DNA of 54,530 nucleotides, the filler included, from Sphacelaria rigidula (Eukaryota), in assembly GCA_964200075.2 (NCBI GenBank). It is 5 parts of 5 records of this genome, joined end to end, with 100 filler letters (N's around TTAATTAATTAA, not from the genome) between each part and the next. Parts side by side here need not be neighbours in the genome. Positions count along the whole stretch, not along the records: positions 10,929 to 21,755 come from CAXNAA020005846.1; positions 21,856 to 32,680 come from CAXNAA020005847.1; 3 more parts are not named here. One strand, written 5' to 3'. Each line of letters opens with the position of its first letter. Within the stretch, counting starts at the first letter, position 1. Shown here piece by piece: positions 11,005-21,993 of the stretch. Position numbers and translations under genes: made by a program. Under the pieces are notes generated by a model, which was not told the DNA's origin, did no database searches, and saw only the letters and a program-made list of their open reading frames with translations.

Positions 11005-13632
11005 ACCGGGGTAGTTCGAAGATGCTGAAATCAGGACGGAATTCAAACTTGCCTGGATGGAGAGGAAAAGGGCGAGATCAACGGCCAGACTGAGATCATC
11101 TCGAGATGAATTCGCATGGCGCACGTTGCGAGCAGCATGCAAAAAGATCAAAGGGATGATCCAATTTGGGGTGGAGAAATATATGGATGTGTATACTAGA
11201 TAACTAGAGGAGTATACTCGAGCGGGGGGCATGAGAGGATGGTACAAACATCTCGGCGGAGGGTGGAGACTGTCTGGACGACCAATCGAGAGTGAACAGT
11301 GCATTCGAGATGAGGACGGCAATTTACTGAGGGACAGAGGTTTGATCAGTGGGAGATGAGAACGGTACTTTTCCACATTGCTGAACGCCATATCGGCAAC
11401 TATAGACCACACTACCATCGAGAAGACTGCTCAACGACCAATAGCTCTGTCACTAAGAGACTCATCAAGCCCAAGTGAAACTGAAGAAGCTCTGAGAGCT
11501 ATGTCGAATGGCAAAGCAACCGGTCCGGATGGTATTCCTGCTGAAACCCTGAAGCTTGGACTGAACGGGGAGGCGTCGGACATTCTGTGTCACTTCCACG
11601 GCATCGTCTCTGCGGTTTGGACATCTTGCGAGGTGCTGCAAAAATGGAAAGATGTCACCATCAAAGTGCTACACAAAAAACATGATAGCACCCAGTGTAG
11701 TAACTACAGAGGCATTTCACTCGTGGCACATACTGCTCAAGTTCTCCTCCCAATCGTGGCCAACAGGCTCGGTGATTTTTGTGAGGAAACAGATGTCTTC
11801 CCGGAAGAGCAGCGTGGATTTCGGCGTCAAAGATCGACCATATACATGATGTTCGTAGTACGCCGATTCCAGGAGTTGGGACGGGCGAGCGATATCCCAA
11901 TGAACATGTGCTTTATCGGTTTGTAGAAAGCCTATGGTTCTGTAGACCGTACGCTCCTGTGGGAAGTGCTTGCCCGTTTTGGAGTCCCGTCGCGAATGAT
12001 CACGATCATCCGTATGTTTCACGACGGCATGCGAGCTCGAGTACAGCTGGATAGTGGCGAACTATCAGCCTGGCTCGACGTCTGCCAGGGACTCAGACAA
12101 CCAGTCTCTGCTGCTCTTCGATATCTTCGAAGCAGGCTTGGTGGAAGTGATCATCCAGCGGTTTGCGGCGAACCCAGTCATCATCTCAGACTTGGTCTTT
12201 CTAGATGATGCGCCACAAGGTGTCGGTGGTGATCCCGTGGAAGAGACACCACTGGGAAAGGTGCGACGCGCGGTGTGGGAAATGCTTTATGCGGACGACG
12301 CCGGCATAGCCTCGAATACCTCAGAAGTCGTTGCTCGAATGATGGCCGTGATAGCGATAAACTACCACGAATTCGGCCTGATGGTCTCCGAGAGCAAGAC
12401 AGAGTCCATGCGCCTTTGGTCAGTACCCAGTACCACGGAGGCCACCCTGACTATCAAAGCTGCCGGTCAACGGTATAAGCAGACGGGGAAGTTCATCTAC
12501 CTTGGTGTAGCTATCAGCGCGCATGCGAAAATGTCCATCGAAATCAGCCGCCTTATCAGCGCCGCGTGGGTGCGTTTCCGAAATATAGCTACCAACTCTA
12601 CGACCGACCCAACGCCAAGATATCCTTGAAAGTTCGACTGCTTAAAGCGGAGGTGGTAAAACCTCTGTTGTATGGGTATGCCACATGGACGCTACGTTCT
12701 GAGGACTTCGACAGTCTACGCACTGCCCATCGCGAGCTCTTGCTGCGAGCGGTTGGATTCCGCAGGAACGATCGAAATGGCCATACGACTCTTTCGTACA
12801 GACGGTGCTCGAGATGACCAACTGCGAGCGTATCGAGATGACTACCCGCAAACGTCAACTCTGGTTCACGGGAGCCCTTGTCCGGCAGAAGGACACACGC
12901 CTTCCCAAGCTTGTCATGAACGGTCGGCTTTCCACACGACGACCCAAGGAGGTCGGCCGCCCCTCGAAGCAATGGGAGGACACCCTAAAGGAGAACCTAC
13001 GTGCGCTAGGGGCTGTCCCGCACGACGGAGCACGACGAAAGTGGTTCGTCCATGGTGTAGAGGTTAACGATGCATACGATCGGGTCACTGCGGCGAAGAG
13101 CATGGGCAAATGGCATACTGGAATCGAAAAGGGAGCGAAGAGTTTAAGGACACGTGTCGACGCGCGGACAAGCGAGAATCAGACCGCCGTCACAAGCGAG
13201 AGGCTGCTGCGTCGAGGGCTGCCATTTGAAGGATCCTGTCTGCTGATATCGGTTGTTGATTGTGCCCTTAGTCGGTGGCTCTGCGGTGCCCACTGGTGTG
13301 TATCTGTATCTACGCTGCTGCTCTGAATCCCTTGGGATTTTCTCTTTTTTTTTCATCATACTATTTTATTTCATTTTATTGGCTCTGTACTTTCCTTTTC
13401 TTTTCCTTTTTTTGTTTTAGGTCGGCCATTTCTTTCTGCGCTTTGCTTTTGTTGATTTTTTAATATTGTTCTTTTCTGTTACGTTTTAGTATACTATGTC
13501 GTTCTGTTTGATTTTTTCTCTTCTTTTCTTTTCTTTTTCTGTTCCTTCAGTTTTGCTTTTTTTTGGTACGTCTATCATGAGACCACGGCTGGACCCCTGG
13601 GGGGTCAGTTAAAGTGAGACAATAATAAAAAA
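11005..13632 (+). mobile_element. 5'-truncated, decayed RTE-clade LINE (RT domain, C-terminal region, 3' UTR and tail)
   Basis: Motifs [78 protein letters not shown]. In-frame stops (~11201, ~11358, 11924) and frameshifts (~12100, ~12580, ~12800). T-rich 3' UTR ends CCACGGCTGGACCCCTGGGGGGTCAGTTAAAGTGAGACAATAATAAAA. No endonuclease domain seen. Confidence 0.93.
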
Positions 13633-15328
13633 ACAAGAACATCATTCAGTGTGTTCCGGGCGTATTGTTTCTGATTAACTGGGCCCGTTTTGGGGAGGAT
13701 ACCTACAAAAGCGGGGTGAAATTCCCACGAGAGTGCTGTTGAGACACGGTTTAGAGACGATAGCCAGGCGCCCTTTGCTTTCATGATGTCATCGACGTTG
13801 AGGACTTGATGGAAACGTGTGATACCGTTGATTCAAAAACTGGACTTGTCTGAAAGCATGTTGCCTGATTGTGTCCAAGCGCAGCAATTTTGCCACGTCG
13901 ACCACGGGTCATCTGGTGGCCGGATATGGTGGACACGGTCAATGAGAGGGGCTGTTCCGTCGCGTCGTCGGTGTTAAGATGATAGGGCGGGGACTTGGTC
14001 GAGTAGCTGTTGAGAACTTGCTGTGTGTGTCCGGCAGGCAAGTACTTGGGCATGTCGCTTGTATCATGCGAGTTCGTGCAGGGTTTGCATCTGTGCACGG
14101 AGACGCCGGGTTTGGTGCCCTTGCCCTGGAGGTCGCGAGGCAGGTCGGGATAGAGCAGTTTGTTACAAATGGGTTCATCATCCGGTGATAATGGTGATGG
14201 TCCGACTGTCAGGATGTTGAATGGCCTTGTCCGATTGAGGGACAATTTTGTCTTCAAAATTGTTTCGTTGGCTGCCTCGCTGGTGCCTTGGCGGATGGTC
14301 TACAAACTGTTGTAGATCCGAACCCGATCACCCAATTCCCAGTTGGGGCGTTTGTGAATGAGGTTGTAAAGAGCAGTGTTAGATCTCTCAGGGCGCGAAG
14401 CGTTGGTAGCGTGTTGTTCGCGCACGAGGGTAAACGCTTTGCGTTGTCGTGAATTCGGTAGGTCGCGATAGGATATCTGATCCGGATCCAATCCTTGGTG
14501 GCCATCGAACATGTGTCGCTCAAACACCGTGCTGGGCAGCCGAGGGTAACGTCCAAGATGGAGTTCGTTCGGGGAAAGGCCTGTGGCGGCGTTGACCGAG
14601 TCGTTGTAGGACAACATGATGTACGAGAGATGTAGGTCCCGGGCATTTTAGCGGTCATCGACGACCATAGAGAGCATCTGGGCCATGGTATGATGAAGTC
14701 TTTCGGTACCACCGTTACCGTTCGGGTGGTAGGCGCTCGTGGCAATTTCGCGGATGCCTAGGAACTTGTAAAGCTCATCAGAGAGATCTGAGCAAAATTG
14801 CTGACCTTTGTCTGAAAGAAGTCGTTTCGGACAACGTTAGTGCTTGATGTGGTCGTGGACCAATATATCGGCCGTTCCGGCGGCAGTAAAATCTACAGCG
14901 GTTACCGCGTGCATGGACGCGTGGCGGCTGAAGCGGTTAGTGAAGAGGAAGATGTAGGTGTTGCCGCGACTGGTGGTCGATACAGGCCCAACGTGGTGGA
15001 AGGACACAAGGTGACCCGGGGCGTTGGGGAGTCCCATAGAGATGACCGTCCAGCGTACTGTCTGCCGTGAGGGTTTTCGAGCTTGGCATTTGAAGCATCG
15101 CCGGATCCAGAAGCGGGTGGAAATGTCCAGGCCAATCCACCAGTAGAAGCGTTCCAGGAGTGCTAGGGTGCGAGTGACGCCAAGTTGACATGAAAAGTCT
15201 GTGTGACAACATCTCATGAACCAGGGGCGCATCAACAATGGGACATATATGCTCGTTGGTTCATCATTGAGTAGTCGCGCGTGGCCTTCCGTGGTCGAGA
15301 CGGAAATTGCGCCTGTCAAAGGCGTGGG

Positions 15329-15585
15329 GACACTTTCTACGATAACCCCCTCCAAAAAAGTGCCTGGTTTGGGGAGGCAAAGTGTTCACGTAAATCGATG
15401 TGGAAAAACGCCGACCATAACGACCAGTTGGTGATTTCCGCGCTTGGGTTCTTTCTCATCAATGTCGCCAATATGAGGTGCTTCATGCAGCCTGAACCCA
15501 AACATCAGGCGCTATATGGTCATTTGTTTCGTGACACCTTTGGGCTGTTTTTTTTCATGGAGGAGGGGCTATCGTAGAAAGTGTC
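15329..15585. mobile_element. 257-bp MITE (TIR GACACTTTCTACGATA), 4-bp TSD TGGG, nested in Gypsy pol
   Basis: TIRs at 15329-15344 and 15570-15585; TGGG at 15325-15328 and 15586-15589; removing it restores the frame LVRRP-TPLTG. Confidence 0.93.
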
Positions 15586-17771
15586 TGGGGCGACGCACGA
15601 GTAGTTGTACCCCTTCATCCGCAGTGAAAATGGTGCCTTTACGCACGAGTACGTATACGTCAGAGATACCTGGTGATGGCAGTGTGCCAACCGGGGCCAG
15701 AAGAGCAGATGGAAAAGGGACTGGACAGTCAAACTGTGAGTACTGGATGGCTGCGCGACATAAAGATTCCGCGTTTTGTTCGCGAGCCCAATCGCGGTGA
15801 GAGTAGCTGGAGAAAAACTCGCGCAGTTGACCTTCCGCTGAAGAGCCGAACAAACATGGTGGGGTAGGCAGCGGGGAACTAAGCGATGGGGCCGGAATGC
15901 CGACGTCAATATCTGCCCCGGGAGCAGGAGCTGAGTCGTTGCCTCCATGCTCGGGAGCGGTAGATGTTGGTGGCACCGTTAAGGGCGGCGGGGTAGTAGC
16001 AGTGCGCGACGAAGATTGTCCGTGGCGCGTGGTGCACGTGGAAGTAATATTCGCGGAGCGTTGTGTGCTGGTCCGTGGGACCGGTGCTGCGTGGCTCGTG
16101 CAATCTGCAGATGTCATCGGTGGCGGCGGGGAACTCGGGGGGGGGGAGGGGGGGGGGGGGGGGGGGCAACAGACCGGGGGCGCGTGGTGTCGGCGGTGAG
16201 GGGGATGACCGAAGGTGTCTCCGCGNNNNNNNNNNGGCCGGAGAGGAGAGGGGGAGCGGGGGGGGGGGCGACGGGGGGGCGGGGGCGAGGGGGGACGGAG
16301 GGCGGGGGCAACAGACCGGGAGCGCGTGTTGTCGGAGATTAGGTGGATGACCGAAGGTGTCTCCGTGAAGAGCTTCGCGTGAATACCAAAAGAGCGGAAA
16401 TCGACAAGTTCGAAGGTGGTGGGCTTTGACCCACCCAAGACGGCGTCATATGGGACAGGGCGAGATCCTCCCATGTGCATACCAGTGTCTAGGCACTGAA
16501 GGTCGAGGGCAAGAACGGGCGTTGAAAAACGTTTAATAGGGTAAATCCCAGGTTCATCGGGTTCCGTTAAACGACAAGCCGGGCTGGAATCTGCAGCCGT
16601 AGACGGCAGTAGTAGTCCGGAAAGATGATCAGCGTTCCCGTTATTTTTGCCTGAGCGGTGCTCAATGGTATACTGGCATGCTGTTTGAAACTCCAACCCT
16701 CGTTGTACACGCGGGCTGTGTTCGCCAACCTTGGCGAGTTGTTCGAGTGCCCCATAATCCGCGTAAAGCTCAAAGGGCATGTGAAACAGATATTGTCGAA
16801 TGCGCTTCATGGCCCAGGTGATTACCCCGACTTTCAATTCTAGCGGGCTCCAGTTGGACTCGTTGGGCAGGGTTGCGCGGCTAATGTAGAGGATGGGTCG
16901 AACAGAGCCATCAACCTGGGGTTGGTTCAAAATTACTCCAAATCCGTCTGTGCCGGCGTTAGTGTGGAGTTGGAAAAAGCGAAAGCTATCGTGTACTGCT
17001 TCCCAATCAGGAAAATAGTGTGCCAGCTTTTCGGTAAGCGTTTTTAGCGATTCGCCGGTGATATTTTCCATATCGGCGATGAAGGCACACACGGCTGCTT
17101 TCTTGAGTAACTCAGTAAGGGGGCGAACCCGTTTGGATAAATTCGGGAAAAAAATGTGGTAAGACTAGTCCGCCCAATAATGAGCGCAGTTGAAAGTTGT
17201 TGGTTGTCATCGGCAAGTCGGTCATCGCTGTGACTTTGTTTGTATCCGGATGTAGGCCTGATGGCAAAATGGAATGCCCCAGGGAATCCAGGTCAGTCGC
17301 ATCAAGGCGAGCTTTGAATGGAGACAGTTTTAAGTCGCGTGTTCGTATGCGAGGGAGAAATTCTCGTAGAGTGCGGATGTGTGCAATAAGTGAGGCATCG
17401 AAAGCGATAGCGTCATCTAGGTACATGATGATGTGCTTGAGGGCCTCAGTGACACGTCGCATCAAGCGTTGAAAGCATCCCGGAGCAGTGGCAGCGCCTT
17501 GTGGCATTCGAAGCCACTCGTAGAGCCCGGACGAGGTACAAAAGGCCGTAAGTGGGACTGTGTCAGGGTGAATAGCATTCTGGAAAAATCCAGAAGCGAG
17601 GTCGAAGGTGCTGAGTATATGTTTTTTGCCTAAGGAATGGAAGACAACATCAATGCGGGGGATTGAATGTTTACCAACCATAATCAAGCGGTTCAACCGT
17701 TGGTGAATCACGGTTATGTGTGTGTTTCCATCCTTTTTGGGAACGACAACAAATGGCGAGGCCCAAGGAGA

Positions 17772-18028
17772 GAGTGATGCTACGGTAGGTGTGCACAAAT
17801 ATTTTCTGAGGTCAGGATTGTTAGAAGCCTTTTATCTCAAGCAAAACGCGACTTATTCAAATATGTAAAAGTACGCCAGGATTACTACTACAATATGCTA
17901 GGGATATCCCGAATGAATTTGCAAACGGGGATGCCCTGTCCCATACTATTGTGCATCTAGAATCGTGAGGAGCCCCTGAACAAGACAAGATTTCGCGAAA
18001 AACGTGCACCCCTACCGTGACATTGCTC
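17772..18028. mobile_element. 257-bp MITE with GAG...CTC termini and 4-bp TSD GAGA (Sola-like), nested at the start of Gypsy RT
   Basis: Imperfect 25-bp TIR GAGTGATGCTACGGTAGGTGTGCAC vs reverse complement GAGCAATGTCACGGTAGGGGTGCAC; GAGA at 17768-17771 and 18029-18032; removing it restores QDTYS-PWASPF. Confidence 0.88.
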
Positions 18029-21000
18029 GAGAGTAGGTATCTTGTATTAATCCCGCTCCCAAATATGCATCCAAGATGGCATTTACTCTTCTGGTAAGGA
18101 TTGCGTTTGTCCGGTATGATCGGGAAGAGATTAGGGAGACGCCGGGTTGGATTATAACTTTAAAGGGCAGCGTTTTGCAATGCCCAAGATCCGTCTTGGA
18201 TCGAAGAAGTCGGTCTTGGTACTGTGGCAGGACATCGCTGAGTTCTCGGGTAACTGCTGGTTCCCAGCCGGGCCCATGAACGTCAAAATTGATATCACGC
18301 ATGTGTGGCGGCAGTTGGTTCCACATTTGCAAGAAATTGTTCCAAGAATCTGGTGATGGGCGTTGGAGTTCTTCAGCTATAGGATCGGTATTTGACTGGG
18401 CAGGATTCACGGCGTGGACCTGGGGTGGAGTTGTAGAGGGAAGGTCGAGATAGGGTTCGTTGACACAATGGACCGACGCCGTCGGAGATGTTGCGTTTGG
18501 TGCGGCAGGCTCTGTTGCGCACGTCTCGAGTAGGATGTGCATCAGGGGACCAGCGGCGATTCCTAAAATATCGCCGGGTTCCAAGTTAGCATGATCCATA
18601 AGAGGGAGGAGTTGTTGTCCCGCCGAGACAAAATGTTCTATGTCGGCTGGTGCGCCAAGACGGGGTAACGTTTCGGCAAGATAATGACCCGTAAGTGCAG
18701 GCATGCCATTTCGGCGAACTAAGGCAACTTCTAAAAGTTGAGAATCGTCGCAGAGTGTAATACCAGCACTACCGTTGTATCGTAGGTGGTATGTAGCTCT
18801 GGTTGCTTGAGTGTTATTTTGGTAGGCCAGGACGCCGTGGAGTGTACGAGAGTGCTCGAGGTAGAATTCCCCACCAGGCGTGGAGTGTGGTGATGGTGGT
18901 GGAAGCGTGCGGTAGGTTCGTTGATCAGACCGCATATAGCTACCTCTGCCCAGTTGTATGGCATGATGCATGGTGCTGTCGGGGACACTATATACCCAGA
19001 CGGCCAGGCTGGCAGAACAAGTGGTGTTGTGGAAAAAATGTATGCTGAGACGTACGGGTTTTTGTGTCGTCAGGGGTGCAGTAGAGTCACTGAAACCGCC
19101 CCATACTCGAGGTTGAGTGGTGGTTTCGCAAGCTGTAGTAGCAGCGCCAGTCTGTTTCATGTGTTGCCGTGTTGATTCTCGAATTGATATTTGCGGGCTG
19201 CCGCTGTCCAAAAAGGATACGCATTTCGTAGGCGTGGTAGCATGTGGACCAGCGTGGATCGCGACGCGCGTAGTGAAAGTGGTCGGATCCACAGAGACTC
19301 TACCACCGACAAGGTCCGGACCGTGTTCCGCCAAGGTAAATTATTCATGGTTAGCGGGGCTGACAGCAAAAACGAACGGCGGATGATCCGCCGGTGGGTC
19401 AGATTTTTCATCAGAGAAGGGGGTGGACGGTATGTTGTTTCCAGGTGTGGCACGGTTAGAGTGATCATTAGAGATTTCGTAAATGATCACCTGCGGTTGA
19501 CAGAGATCACCGCCCGAGGCGGACCCAGATTTTGCGGTCCTGGAGTCGTCGATTGAAGAAGCAGCGGCGTCATAAATATTTGATCTTGTTCCTTCCGTGA
19601 CAGGACCGCCGAGCTTAAAGTCGTCGCATTTTGGAGAGATTGAGGTCGAGGTTTTTCGCTCGAGAGAGGTGTCCGTGATGATGCACGCGCATCCTTAGGA
19701 GCATGCTTGCGGGGCTTCCTCTTTCGCCGTGACAACGGTTCGTCAAATAAACATCATACCAAGTTTCTTCGGAGATCGGCAAACCATCAAATCTCGCACT
19801 GAATGCATCTCTGTTACTCTCAACATGCATAAGTGAACCGGCGACCGAACCGGGGGTTCATAAGGTGCGAGATGAACTCGAATTCTTGCCGCGAGATCGG
19901 TGGGCGTTCGCGGGAGACACAACCGTGGGGTACGAACGCAGAGGCGAAGAAGGTTCGCCACGTTTGGCGGGCGTTAGGTTGGCCTCTTGGTGTATAAAAG
20001 CATACCGCATTGAATCTACGGAGGCGTAAGGCACCTCACGATACGCCAAGACACCCGGAAACAACAAAGGCATCAGAGCCGGATACTGCTGAGCAACGCT
20101 ATCGCGAACATATGTCTAGTACACTGCGTCGCTTGGTCCGTTCTAGCGTCCGACACCCGTACTACCGGAGACTAAAAGCTCAAATTCACGAAGATAATCC
20201 GCGAAGGGGACATCCGATGCGACAGAAGAAGAACTCAATCTTTAGATGGCGCTCGCTTGGTCGCTCCGGTCGAAGTCACCCACGAAACGCCTTTCCAAAT
20301 CAGCGATTGATGTTGGGCCTGTCCTCCCTCTTGGCACGATTCGGATCCATCTTGGTGAGGATCTGTCAATGATCTGTGTGAGGGAAGCAATAGTGTCGGG
20401 AGAGCGGCGGCTGATAGATATATGCAGTGCTTTATGCAATGGGGTCTGCCAGCCGCACTATCGTTAAGCGCCAGCCGCTTCTGCCAACTGAAGGGTATTG
20501 CGGACGGTACGGCAAACGTATGTGATAGGAGCAGAAGTAAACTGTCCCGAATCTTCGTTATCTGCAGCAGGCATGGTTTCAACACGCCGAAGCTTTTTCA
20601 CGTCCATCTGAATGTACTATTTCTGTATTGGAGCTACTCGAGCAGACTCGACTCAGCTGAAGCTGCTCTTTTACAAGCTTCGGAATGTTCTTTGTCAGCC
20701 GCGGTGGTTGCTAAGGCCCGGGCTGCAGCGAAAGACAATGGACGGTCTGGTGTGTCCGTATCAGATCAACCCGAAATGCGACCCGAAATATCGGCCAACC
20801 CAGGTATCACTTGCCTAGTTGTTGCCAAACCCGAAGGGGGTAGATCTGTGTCAGACTGGTTCAAAGAACACCCGGAAGATACGGAAGAGCTGCCTCCGGT
20901 TTTCTTTCAGTTCGGATTTCGGGTATTGCGGCCCGAGCGGTTCGGTCCCAATCCGCCCGGGGAGGATCCTCCACCACCATGGCGGCGGCGTGAGCGTCCT

Positions 21001-21755
21001 CCATCGTTGTCGTCGCCGTCCCTCCTGTTATTTTTCCTGCCGCGGCAGTCGGCAGTCGTCGGAGTCCACCCTTCTTCATCTTGATCTTCTTCGGCCATGT
21101 CGGCGTCCAGACCAGAGTGGTGGGCGTTGCGTAGTGCCGCAACGAGGTCATGTACCGCCGCGACATACCGAGGTTGGTCTGGTCCGGCGCCGATGGTCAC
21201 GTGTAGGACCAGTGGGCCCAAGGTGAGAGACGTCATGCCGTCGTCGGGGAAGAGACCGCCCTGGGCCACAAACAGACCGACAACCCGATGTACCAGGCTG
21301 GACAGCGATTTCCAGGCATGCTTAGAACAGCGCAAGCGGCTGGGGCTGTAGAATGCGCAGATGTATGCCACAGGGGCCATTCTGGGCATCTACTTCCTGC
21401 TCCCCTTGACTACTGGTATACCTTTTTTTTTCTTTCTTGCATGTCCAGGTCCCCAACCCGAAATCGATCCTTCAACGTTTCGTGGAGTCCGTTGGGCCGT
21501 GCAGATGTGAGTCCATTTCTGCTCTCATGCTACGATAGGAGGGGCGGTTTTTGACTCCGCGAAAAACAGCGGCTAATTGGTGTGTCAGACGACCTATCCT
21601 TTCGTGGTGTGTTTGTGTCTTGGTGAAAACGGTGTAAAGTGGTATGAATGACTGTGCCATCTTGGTAACAAGCGCGTTCGAACAAACGTTGCTGCTTTCT
21701 ACGACGATTTTTGGACGGAATTTCGTGGGAAGAAATGGCCCAGGTTGCCCCCCCC

Positions 21756-21855
21756 NNNNNNNNNNNNNNNNNNNNNNNNNNNNNNNNNNNNNNNNNNNNT
21801 TAATTAATTAANNNNNNNNNNNNNNNNNNNNNNNNNNNNNNNNNNNNNNNNNNNN
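21756..21855. other. Artificial 100-bp contig linker
   Basis: Same structure, core at 21800-21811. Confidence 0.95.
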
Positions 21856-21993
21856 GGGGGCCATAACGACAAAACAACCGTGGGCAAAAAAAAAACACGC
21901 GGAGAAACAATGAGGAATACTGAAGATGTTATGGACTAGCCGGACCTGTGCCGGTCCTGTGCCGAACGAAACACACGCTCCATCCCAACTTAC

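Larger units (their letters stand above)
13860..21400 (-). mobile_element. Decayed Ty3/Gypsy LTR retrotransposon (gag?-PR-RT-RNaseH-IN-partial chromodomain); LTRs not identified
   Basis: Protease LDSGS (~19200); RT SPWASPFVVVPKKDG, FDLASGFFQ, GLYEWLRMPQG, YLDD (17112-17770); RNase H TNAGTDGFGVIL, NWSPLELK, GKNNGNADHLS (16600-17090); integrase H-x-GVTRT, FYWW, CFKCQARK, HPNGNGGTER (14250-15330). The order PR-RT-RH-IN is Gypsy. The upstream gag region and its boundary are poorly resolved. Confidence 0.92.

Noticed and set aside
16130-16370. Tandem duplication / polyproline insertion in Gypsy pol
   Set aside because: The two copies flank a 10-N gap and differ mainly by G-ward changes next to G-runs, typical of read decay after homopolymers
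20422-21084. 220-aa plus-strand ORF as a separate gene
   Set aside because: Antisense to the presumed gag region; no domain or splice evidence
21400-21755. 5' LTR / primer-binding site of the Gypsy element
   Set aside because: No matching repeat at the 3' side (13640-13860) and no convincing tRNA-complementary site
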